64,000 bases of DNA from an uncultured Methanomicrobiaceae archaeon. Its GTDB lineage: Archaea; Halobacteriota; Methanomicrobia; Methanomicrobiales; Methanoculleaceae. Made by a program: the position numbers and the translations under genes. Position 1 is the stretch's first letter. Each line of letters starts with the position of its first letter. The stretch is taken from positions 864,001 to 928,000 of the forward strand of contig CAWGXH010000004.1 of the NCBI GenBank assembly GCA_963826525.1, given 5' to 3'. Below, one piece after another: positions 56,384 through 64,000 of this stretch. A model generated the notes under the pieces. The model saw only the letters and a program-made list of their open reading frames with translations. It did not search any database and had not been told where the DNA came from.

Positions 56384-57415
56384 TCACCCTCTTCTGAAGA
56401 GGTTCCAGACCTTCAGGAGCCCGAAACACCCGGTCAGCATCATGTCTCCGTAGGGGGCGGCCTGGTAGGCGTCCGGGAGGAGGCGCTGGCGGTTCGGGCC
56501 GGTGACGGCGACGATCTCGGTAAGAAGTGGTTCTCTGACTGCCGCTCCGTGCCCGCCGTCCTCGAATATCTCCTCGTTCGTCAGGAGACCGTTCGCTAGC
56601 TTCCATAGGTAGTGCTGCAGTTTGTGCGGGTCGAGCGATGCGGTGTGGTGCTCGAAGAAGCCGTAGATTTCGTCGCCCTTCAGCGTGCAGCAGAGGGTGT
56701 GGCCGTTGCCGGCGTTTACCAGGATGATACCGTCCTCGGCCCGTGCACGCACCCATGGGTCTTCGAGCGCCCCAATCAGGGCGACCGGGCCGGTATCGGT
56801 CACAAGAGATCCCGGAGCCTGTCTCCGGATTGCGGCCATTCTGGTCATATCAGGCAACGGCGGATCCTCAACGAGGGATTGAAGCTGCCAGTCGCCTGCG
56901 TCGAGTCGTTCGCGGAGGAGCTCGAACCGCCGGAGCCGGTTGCTGCGGTGTGGCGAGTAGCCGTGATCCTGGACGGCTATCGCGAGCCTTTCCGGATACG
57001 CCACTGCAAACATCCCAAGCGTCGTCCGAAGCTCCTCCGCCATGTAGTCGGTCAGCGAGATCGGGACGGCGCCGGATGGGCGGCTGTGAACTATCTGCAC
57101 GCCAAGCGATCTAACCCGATCGAGATCGTCGTGGATGGTCGCCGCCGCCTCGTCGGTCGCGTAGACGGCAAGCCCTGCCGCGAGGTGCTCGCGCACCGCC
57201 GCGACGTTCGCTCCGCCGCCCATTAGGTAGCCCTCCAGAAACACTGCCTCTTCGAGACGGCGAGCCCGCCGGATCGCCTCCGCCACCACGACGGTCGGGG
57301 ACGGGAGCACGAGTTTGATGCTGTTCTCCAGAGGCCGGCCGGGTTCGTATACCATAATATCCTGTGTACCCCTGCCGATGTCGATGGCAAGAAGGGGAGT
57401 ATCAATATCGTTCAT
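56384..57415 (-). CDS. DUF1786-family protein (ASKHA/actin-like ATPase motifs)
   Basis: LAIDIGRGTQD, AVQDHG, DTGPVALIGAL, VNAGNGHT, FEHHT, DGGHG, APYGDMMLTGCFGL. Confidence 0.85.
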   Translation of the reverse strand: MNDIDTPLLAIDIGRGTQDIMVYEPGRPLENSIKLVLPSPTVVVAEAIRRARRLEEAVFLEGYLMGGGANVAAVREHLAAGLAVYATDEAAATIHDDLDRVRSLGVQIVHSRPSGAVPISLTDYMAEELRTTLGMFAVAYPERLAIAVQDHGYSPHRSNRLRRFELLRERLDAGDWQLQSLVEDPPLPDMTRMAAIRRQAPGSLVTDTGPVALIGALEDPWVRARAEDGIILVNAGNGHTLCCTLKGDEIYGFFEHHTASLDPHKLQHYLWKLANGLLTNEEIFEDGGHGAAVREPLLTEIVAVTGPNRQRLLPDAYQAAPYGDMMLTGCFGLLKVWNLFRRG

Positions 57416-57498
57416 AATCCTCATCCACATCCCGGGATTGCCGCCCGCTCCTGCTCGGGTGATACTCATCCTCGTCCGGCCGGCCAGAAGAACCTATC

Positions 57499-57507
57499 GA
57501 AAAAAAG
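57499..57507 (-). terminator. Oligo-T terminator after nrdD
   Basis: Run of 7 T on the minus strand about 14 nt after the TAA. Confidence 0.5.
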
Positions 57508-57520
57508 TACAACGGTGGTG

Positions 57521-59719
57521 TTATGCGCTCGATCTGCCGTCTGCCGCTGAAAGATCAGTATTATGTACCTGAGTTGTTGCTGCTTCCCCCCGATACTCCT
57601 GGAATTCATTCAGAGAGACGGTCAGATCGCGGGTGAAGGCGAAGTAGCCGATCTGCGTCTTGCGGCAGAGGTTCATCGCCATCTCCATCAGACCCCTCGG
57701 GTCAGGGCGTGCCTCTCCCAGCCAGACGTGGAAGATATTTCCGCCGTCGACGATGGGGAAGAAGACATGCTCGATCTCCATCCGTTTGGTGAGTGGGACG
57801 GGGGCTGCGGGGGTAACGTGGGTGCCGTTCGTATAGTAGATCGGCAGATCGAGCGTCGTACCAAGCATAGCGAGCGCCTGCTCGGTGTCGCCCTTGATAA
57901 CCTTGAGCGCGTGGTCGCGGAACTGCTCGTCAAGCAGATCCGCGACGGCGAACCGCTGCCCGGTCGTCTCGGCGGGTGTTCGCGCAAGGGCGATGGTCAT
58001 GCCGTGACGCTCCGAGAGTTCGCGTGCATACATCTCAAGCTCGGTCATCGCCCGGACGGCGAGCCGGAAGGCATCTTTTGACTCGTGAAGCTGGGAGCCG
58101 GTGAAGTGCTGCACCATCTCGTTGACACCGACGACGCCGATGGTGTAGACGAGCCCCTCGAGGTCGACGGCAACCGCGCCGCGTTCGCCGGTATTCGGAT
58201 CCTTCGGGCGCTGCATGGCAAAGGGCATCCGCCCGTTCGCCCGGATCAGCGACATCCAGCGCCGCTTGATCCGGTAGAGCTCGACCGCGATGTCCATGAG
58301 TGTTTTCAGTTCGGCGAAGAGCCGCTCCTGCTCCCCTTCCGCTTTGTACGCCGCTCGCGGGCAGTTGATCGACATCACCTGCCAGGAGCCCATGGAAAAG
58401 TGCTTCCCGTCTCTGAAGTAGAGTTTGTCCTCAAACTGGTCGTCCTTCTCGGCGACGGAGGAAAACTGATATGCACAGCATTGGTAGCATGATATCCCTT
58501 CCCCGGCACCCCGGTAGGCGGGGATCTGGTTGTCGTAGTAAGGGGTTCCGAACTTGGAGGCGAGCTCGAAAGTCATCAGGTAGAGATCCTGATAGGTGGG
58601 AATATCAGGGTGGTCGCGATTGAACTCCTCGTTCTCGGTCATGAAGTCGGGCTCGATGCTGATCTCGGGCTTTGGGAAACTGAAGGGTTTGCCCCAGTAG
58701 TCTCCTTCGAGCATCACCTCCATCAGTGCCTTGAAGAGGAGCCTTACCTCCCGTTCGAGTTCCCCGTAGGTGCGCAGGGGCGCCTGCGTACCGTTCCAGA
58801 CGAGTCCCCGATAGACGACGGGTTTGTCCTTCCAGAGAGCGGGTACGCCAGGGGAGAGCTGCACCGAGGAGAAGACCACCTGGCCGCCCCGCGCTACCAT
58901 CATCTGCGTCATCTCGTAGACAAACATCTGCATGAGCTGCTTGATCTCCCCGTAGGGCATTCCCTCAAAGAAGGGAGCCATGAAGGTGAGGAAGTTATAG
59001 TAGCCCTGTCCGCCGGCAAAGTTCGTCTGGGCGGAACCGAGCGCCTTGACCGCGTGCAGCACCGCCACCTCGGCGCGCCTGGCAGGTCCTGCGACCGATG
59101 CCTTCGTTCCGTTGCCGTCGGGCATCAGGCCGTAGTAGAAGAAGTATCTGAGGTCCCAATCCTGACAAAACGGCCTTGTCCCAAAGTATTCCAGGTCGTG
59201 GATGTGGAGGTCGCCGGAGAGGTGGTGATCGGCAAGGTGAGGGGGAGCTGCAGGAGGTACTGCTCCTTGCTGATCTTGTCCGCCTTCTTTTTGTGCGAGG
59301 TCTCCGCGTTCTCCTGGAGGTTGGCGTTGTCCTTCGCCTCAAAGCCCCGCCCGACGTCGATGAGGTGGGCGTCGAAGACCGGAGTGCCGACGCGCGTGCA
59401 GACGTTCCGGTACTGCGTCATCCCTCGCTCGAGCAGGGTCATGTTGACGATCTCGCGGATGAGGGGGCCTGAGAGGGACTCAAGGCCGAGCATCTGGATC
59501 TTCTTCTCGACCCTCCGTGCCACATCCTCGGCGATCTCATCCGTCAGCTCCTTCGTCGCCGTAAAAGACCTCGACGAGCTTCGTCTCCTCGAGAACCTGG
59601 CGGATGATCCGCTTTCTGTCCCACTCGAGGAGATAGCCGCGGGACGTGCGGACCTTCGGGAAGACGGGGATGAAGTCGCCGGCGAGCGTCGTCTGGGTAG
59701 TCCTGCGTGTCACCCTCAC
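57521..59719 (-). CDS. nrdD: Class III (anaerobic) ribonucleotide reductase with N-terminal ATP cone, lacking the C-terminal Zn-ribbon/glycyl-radical domain; frameshifts near 59541 and 59243
   Basis: PKVRTSRG...WDRKRI ATP cone, HLSGDLHIHDLEYFGTRPFC, QTNFAGGQG, FSFPKP, CYQCC, SINCPRAA, TIGVVGVNE, TPAETT, YYTNGTH, GGNIFHVW, IGYFAFT. Confidence 0.9.
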
Positions 59720-60015
59720 GCCTCCGCAATCAGGTCAGCCACCATGTCTTCCTGAAATACTCCTCCCGGAAAGAGATCCTGCGACGTATAAAATGAGGTG
59801 TCCTTCTGCAGCACCGGTGCTTCCTGAACGAATACGCCGTTTATCCGAAGTTCGGTCAGCGCTTCGGCGGACGCCAGATCCTGCTCAATGTAGCGTGCTC
59901 CCCGTTCCGCCAGAAATTCCTTTAAAACTTCGCAATTTGGACAGAATTCAAGTGTATAAACTATAAACTGCGATGTATCTGGTATAATGACACCCCCGAA
60001 TAGATGGATGATCAT
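59716..60015 (-). CDS. nrdH: NrdH-like glutaredoxin/redoxin (start uncertain)
   Basis: VYTLEFCPNCEVLK CxxC motif, EAPVL cis-Pro motif. Its stop overlaps the nrdD GTG start. Confidence 0.8.
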   Translation of the reverse strand: MIIHLFGGVIIPDTSQFIVYTLEFCPNCEVLKEFLAERGARYIEQDLASAEALTELRINGVFVQEAPVLQKDTSFYTSQDLFPGGVFQEDMVADLIAEA

Positions 60016-60187
60016 TCGTCGCTCGTCGTAAAAATGGTTCCCATTTTTGGGTGGAATAGGTCGCCGGTCGGAAGGCGGCGTTGTGTTCATCCCCCTGCAA
60101 CTCTGCTGTATGCTTCTTCAAAATCTCTGGGGGTGCCGGCGATGAGCGATCACCATTTGTAGGTGAATGCAGAGATAGTACGGTACT

Positions 60188-60727
60188 ATGGTCAGGTCAT
60201 TTGTCGCGATCGATCTCTCTGAAGAGATCCGTCGGAAGATACGGGAGTCGCAGGACCTGCTTGAGAGATGCGATGCCCGACTCAGCATCGTCGCTCCCGC
60301 AAATATCCATATTACCCTCAAATTCCTCGGGGAGATAGAGCCCTCCGCGATAGGGCCGATCCTCGAGGCGCTCGAATCCGTCAGCGGCGAACCGTTCGAG
60401 GTGACTATTGGTCGGGCCGTCTGCAATCCTCCGTCACGGCCGCGAGTGGTCTGGTGCGGCATTCAGGACGCAGGGGGATGTGCGGATCTGAGCCGTCAGG
60501 TTGAAACTCTCCTCGAGCCGCTCGGATTTAAACGGGAACGGCGCGCGTTCACCCCCCACGCGACCCTCGCGCGAGTGAAGCGGTTCGACCCGTCTCTCCT
60601 CCGGCAGGTCGAATCGCTCCCGGAAACCCCGATCGGCTCTTGCGAGGTCAGGTCCATCAGACTCAAGAAGAGCACCCTCACCCCTCGCGGTTCGATTTAT
60701 GAAGACCTCGGGGAGGTTCTGCTGTGA
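60188..60727 (+). CDS. thpR: RNA 2',3'-cyclic phosphodiesterase
   Basis: RSFVAID, HITLKFLGE and FTPHATLAR 2H motifs, STLTPRGSIY. Confidence 0.93.
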   Translation: MVRSFVAIDLSEEIRRKIRESQDLLERCDARLSIVAPANIHITLKFLGEIEPSAIGPILEALESVSGEPFEVTIGRAVCNPPSRPRVVWCGIQDAGGCADLSRQVETLLEPLGFKRERRAFTPHATLARVKRFDPSLLRQVESLPETPIGSCEVRSIRLKKSTLTPRGSIYEDLGEVLL

Positions 60728-62097
60728 GCCGGCGTCCCTGCGAAGAGGAAGCACTCCGGCGGATCAGGCCGACCCCGGAGGAGCGTACCTACGTCAGAAC
60801 TATCGGTAAGCATCTGATCGAGGCGGTGGAGAAGAGCGGCCTTGCCGGGGCGATGATGGTCGGTTCCGTCGCTCGCGACACCTTCATCCGGGGCGACCGC
60901 GATCTCGACGTCTTCATGCTCTTCGACCCGTCGCTCTCCCGGGAGGAACTCGAGGAGAAGGGGCTTTCTCTTGCACGGAAGGTAGCGGAAGGGTTCGGCG
61001 CGTCGTGCCGGGAGAAGTACGCCGAACACCCGTACATCAACGCCACGATCGACGCGCTCGACGTCGACCTGGTGCCCTGCTACGCCGTTCTGCGTGCCAC
61101 GGAGATCAAGAGTGCCGTCGACCGGACGCCGTTTCACACCCGATATATTCTACAGCATATCGACGGTCTGGGTGATGAAGTCCTCCTCCTCAAGCAATTT
61201 GCCAAGGCAGGAGGGGTCTACGGCTCCGACCACATGACCGAAGGGTTCTCCGGGTATCTCTGTGAACTGCTGGTGATCTTCTACGGCGGATTTACGGAGG
61301 TTCTCGAGGCGGCCTCTGCATGGAAACCCGGCATCGTCATCGATATCGAAGAACACGGCAGCAGGGCGTTCGAAGAACCTCTTGCCGTCGTCGATCCGGT
61401 CGACCCTGAGCGGAACGTCGCCGCCGCCCTCTCTCTCACGCGGATGAGCGAATTTGTGGAGCTCGCACGCGGGTACCTCGCCGCTCCCGCGGAGGCGTTC
61501 TTCATTTCGTCGCCCGATCCTCCGTTCACCGAAACTGAGTTTGGCCGCACCATTGATGCAAGAGGGACAAAACTCATCTCCGTGACGTTTGCGACCCCCC
61601 CCTATACGGCCGATACGGTCGTTCCGCAGCTTCGGAAGTCCGCCGAGTCCATCCGCGAGCTTCTCGAGCGGAGCGAGTTTCCGGTAAACCGGTTCGATGT
61701 CTGCATGCAGGAAGAACGCAGCATGCTCCTCTTCGAACTCATGACGGATACGCTCCCTGCGGTGCGCCGCCACCTTGGCCCGCCGGTATGGTCTGAAGGG
61801 AATGCCCGGAAGTTTGTCGGGAAGTACGTCGATATAGATGTCTTTTCAGGGCCATTTATCGAGGACGGGCGATATTACGTCGAGATCCCCCGGCAGTTTA
61901 GGGTGGCTGCCACCCTGTTTCGCTCCCGCTCACTCCTCGATGTTGCGCTCGGCAGACACGTCAGAAAGTGCATGAAGGCAGGCTGGGAGGTGCGAGAAGG
62001 TCGGGAGTGCTGGGATGAATCGTTTGCCTGCTTCCTCGGCGAGTTCTTCCGGCACGAGTCGCCGTTTGTCCGGGTCCTGCGGCACCAGCGAGAATAA
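60724..62097 (+). CDS. cca: CCA-adding enzyme, archaeal class I
   Basis: GSVARDT, DLDVF, YAEHPY, SAVDRTPFH, GFSGYLCELL, DPVDPERNVAAAL. Confidence 0.95.
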   Translation: MSRRPCEEEALRRIRPTPEERTYVRTIGKHLIEAVEKSGLAGAMMVGSVARDTFIRGDRDLDVFMLFDPSLSREELEEKGLSLARKVAEGFGASCREKYAEHPYINATIDALDVDLVPCYAVLRATEIKSAVDRTPFHTRYILQHIDGLGDEVLLLKQFAKAGGVYGSDHMTEGFSGYLCELLVIFYGGFTEVLEAASAWKPGIVIDIEEHGSRAFEEPLAVVDPVDPERNVAAALSLTRMSEFVELARGYLAAPAEAFFISSPDPPFTETEFGRTIDARGTKLISVTFATPPYTADTVVPQLRKSAESIRELLERSEFPVNRFDVCMQEERSMLLFELMTDTLPAVRRHLGPPVWSEGNARKFVGKYVDIDVFSGPFIEDGRYYVEIPRQFRVAATLFRSRSLLDVALGRHVRKCMKAGWEVREGRECWDESFACFLGEFFRHESPFVRVLRHQRE

Positions 62098-62296
62098 GGA
62101 TGCGGTCTGACCGGCGCCCGGGACGAGCCCTCGGTGCGATCCGCTGCCGATCTTCTGTCAGTGGGCTATGAAAAGATATGCGGGATACCGGCACAGTTCC
62201 GCTGGTGTTGGTACCCGCGTGACGTATCCTGGTAGGGAGGAGGAGAGGGAGGTTGGTACCAAGGGATTGGATTGGGATGCTTTCTGTGGCCGTTCC

Positions 62297-62635
62297 CTAA
62301 ATTGCCGTATCACCCCGCTCTTTTGTCCGTACCCGGATGACATCGTCGATGCTCGTTACGAATATCTTGCCGTCTCCGATCTGGCCTGTGGCTGCACTGG
62401 TTGCGATGATGTCGATGATCTTCTCGGCATCATCGTCGGCAGCGACGATCTCGATCTTCGTCTTCGGGATCATATCGACGACGTACTCGGCACCTCTCCA
62501 CTGCTGGGTGATGCCCTTCTGCCGTCCGCGGCCCTTCACCTCAGTGACGGTCATGGAGTCGAATCCTGCACCTTCAAGGGCGTGCTTGACGTCCTCGAAC
62601 TTCATCGTCCTGATAATTGCTTCGATCTTTTTCAT
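62297..62635 (-). CDS. glnK: PII nitrogen regulatory protein
   Basis: MKKIEAIIR, GRGRQKG, PKTKIEI, TGQIGDGKIF, IRVRTKERG. Confidence 0.96.
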   Translation of the reverse strand: MKKIEAIIRTMKFEDVKHALEGAGFDSMTVTEVKGRGRQKGITQQWRGAEYVVDMIPKTKIEIVAADDDAEKIIDIIATSAATGQIGDGKIFVTSIDDVIRVRTKERGDTAI

Positions 62636-64000
62636 GCTTTCTCACCGTCCAAAGCAGGCTCGGTTGTTACAAAGTTCGGGTAGGCGCTGACCCCGTGCTC
62701 GCCGATGTCCAGCCCCTGCAGTTCTTCAGCAGCCGATACCCTGAGCCCGACCGTGTACTTGAGGATGGCGAACATGGCAAGACCGATGCCGAATGCCCAT
62801 GCGAAGTTCACGACCATGCTGATCGCCTGCGCGGCGAAGAACCCGGTATTGCCGTAGAGCAGCCCGGTTACGAGCGGCCCGTCGGTCACGTACACGCCGT
62901 AGGTGCCGTCTGCAAAGAGCCCGAGGGCCAGCAAGCCCCAGGCGCCGTTGAGCCCGTGCACGGAGACCGCACCCACAGGGTCGTCGATGTGAAGCACCCA
63001 GTCGAGGAGCCAGACGCCCAGATAGATGATGATGCCGGCGACGATACCGATGACGACGGCAGCGGTCGGGTTCACCCACGCACACGATGCGGTGATGGCT
63101 ACGAGGCCGCCGAGCACACCGTTCCCGGTCATACTTGCATCAGGTTTACCATATCGCCACCAGGTAATGAGCATTGTGGTTATTCCTCCCGCGGCAGAGG
63201 CGAGGACGGTGTTTGCGGCGATAACGGAGATGCGTAACTCCGTTGCGGCAAGGGTGCTCCCCGGATTGAAGCCGAACCAGCCAAACCAGAGTATGAAGAC
63301 ACCGAGAATCGCAAGGGTCAGTGCATGCCCCGGAATCGCGACGGGTGTTCCGTCTCCCCTGTACTTCCCAATCCTCGGCCCGAGCATCAGGGCTCCTGCG
63401 AGGCCGACGAAGCCGCCGATAGCGTGGACGACTCCGGAACCGGCGAAGTCGAGCGCACCGTAACCGCCGCCGAGGTTGACCATGAAGTCACTTGCGTTCA
63501 GCCAGCCGCCGCCCCAGAGCCAGTGTCCGTAGATCGGGTAGATGAGTGCGGTGATGGCGACGCTTGCAATCAAGTAGGTGGAGAACTTCGTCCGCTCCGC
63601 CATGGCCCCTGAGACGATGGTGGCAGCCGTTGCGGCAAAGACCATCTGGAAGAACCAGAGTTCCATCGTGGAGACGTCGTAGCCGTCCCCGAGCAGGAAG
63701 AACCCGTCAAAACCGACAAACAGCCCCGTTATTCCGGAGGCGGTGCCGAACATCAGGGCGAACCCTACAGCCCAGTAGCTGATCGCACCGAGCGAGAAGT
63801 CTGCGAGGTTCTTCATCATGATGTTGACAGCGTTTTTTGCTCTCGTGAGGCCTGTCTCTACCATGGCAAAGCCGGCCTGCATGAACATCACGAGGAATCC
63901 GCAGAGAAGTGTCCACACGAAGTTGACCGGCGCGAACGAGTCTTCCTCCAGTGTTGCGGCACCGGAAGGGTCTGCTGCGGCTGCCGGAACCACCAGCAGG
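62632..64000 (-). CDS. amt: Ammonium transporter (5' end beyond the window)
   Basis: FMQAGFAMVETG, FQMVFAAT, DFAGSGVVH, WFGWFGFNPGS, DDPVGAVSVHG. Confidence 0.96.
   Translation of the reverse strand, partial: LLVVPAAAADPSGAATLEEDSFAPVNFVWTLLCGFLVMFMQAGFAMVETGLTRAKNAVNIMMKNLADFSLGAISYWAVGFALMFGTASGITGLFVGFDGFFLLGDGYDVSTMELWFFQMVFAATAATIVSGAMAERTKFSTYLIASVAITALIYPIYGHWLWGGGWLNASDFMVNLGGGYGALDFAGSGVVHAIGGFVGLAGALMLGPRIGKYRGDGTPVAIPGHALTLAILGVFILWFGWFGFNPGSTLAATELRISVIAANTVLASAAGGITTMLITWWRYGKPDASMTGNGVLGGLVAITASCAWVNPTAAVVIGIVAGIIIYLGVWLLDWVLHIDDPVGAVSVHGLNGAWGLLALGLFADGTYGVYVTDGPLVTGLLYGNTGFFAAQAISMVVNFAWAFGIGLAMFAILKYTVGLRVSAAEELQGLDIGEHGVSAYPNFVTTEPALDGEKA

Noticed and set aside
60188-62097. 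thpR-cca (with rtcA elsewhere) as a novel RNA-repair system
   Set aside because: thpR next to cca is a common archaeal arrangement, and rtcA is more than 40 kb away.

Overview
Core-genome window from a GC-rich hydrogenotrophic methanogen. Gene content and protein sequences fit Methanomicrobiales, most likely Methanoculleus-like; this is recognition, not a database result. It contains an arginine deiminase/carbamate kinase pair, two MFS transporters, a HerA/DUF87-type ATPase with rubredoxin, a Mo/W ABC transporter, three tRNAs (Ser-CGA, Pro-GGG, Lys-TTT), the thermosome, gfcR-nob1-rtcA-prs, lonB-tldD-pmbA-bofA, a KaiC-like pair divergent from a type IV pilus-type ATPase/platform pair, the complete A1Ao ATP synthase operon, pgk, a decayed Dam-type methylase, minD, the RNA polymerase operon, a repeat-containing Pro/Thr-rich surface protein, nrdH-nrdD, thpR-cca and amt-glnK. 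Many genes, including essential ones, carry single-base frameshifts that look like sequencing errors, and most of these fall on AGCT or GTAC tetranucleotides, which may be a methylation footprint. The most notable biological observation is a class III ribonucleotide reductase that ends cleanly without its Zn-ribbon and glycyl-radical domain, suggesting a split enzyme. No CRISPR array, rRNA or intact mobile element was seen.
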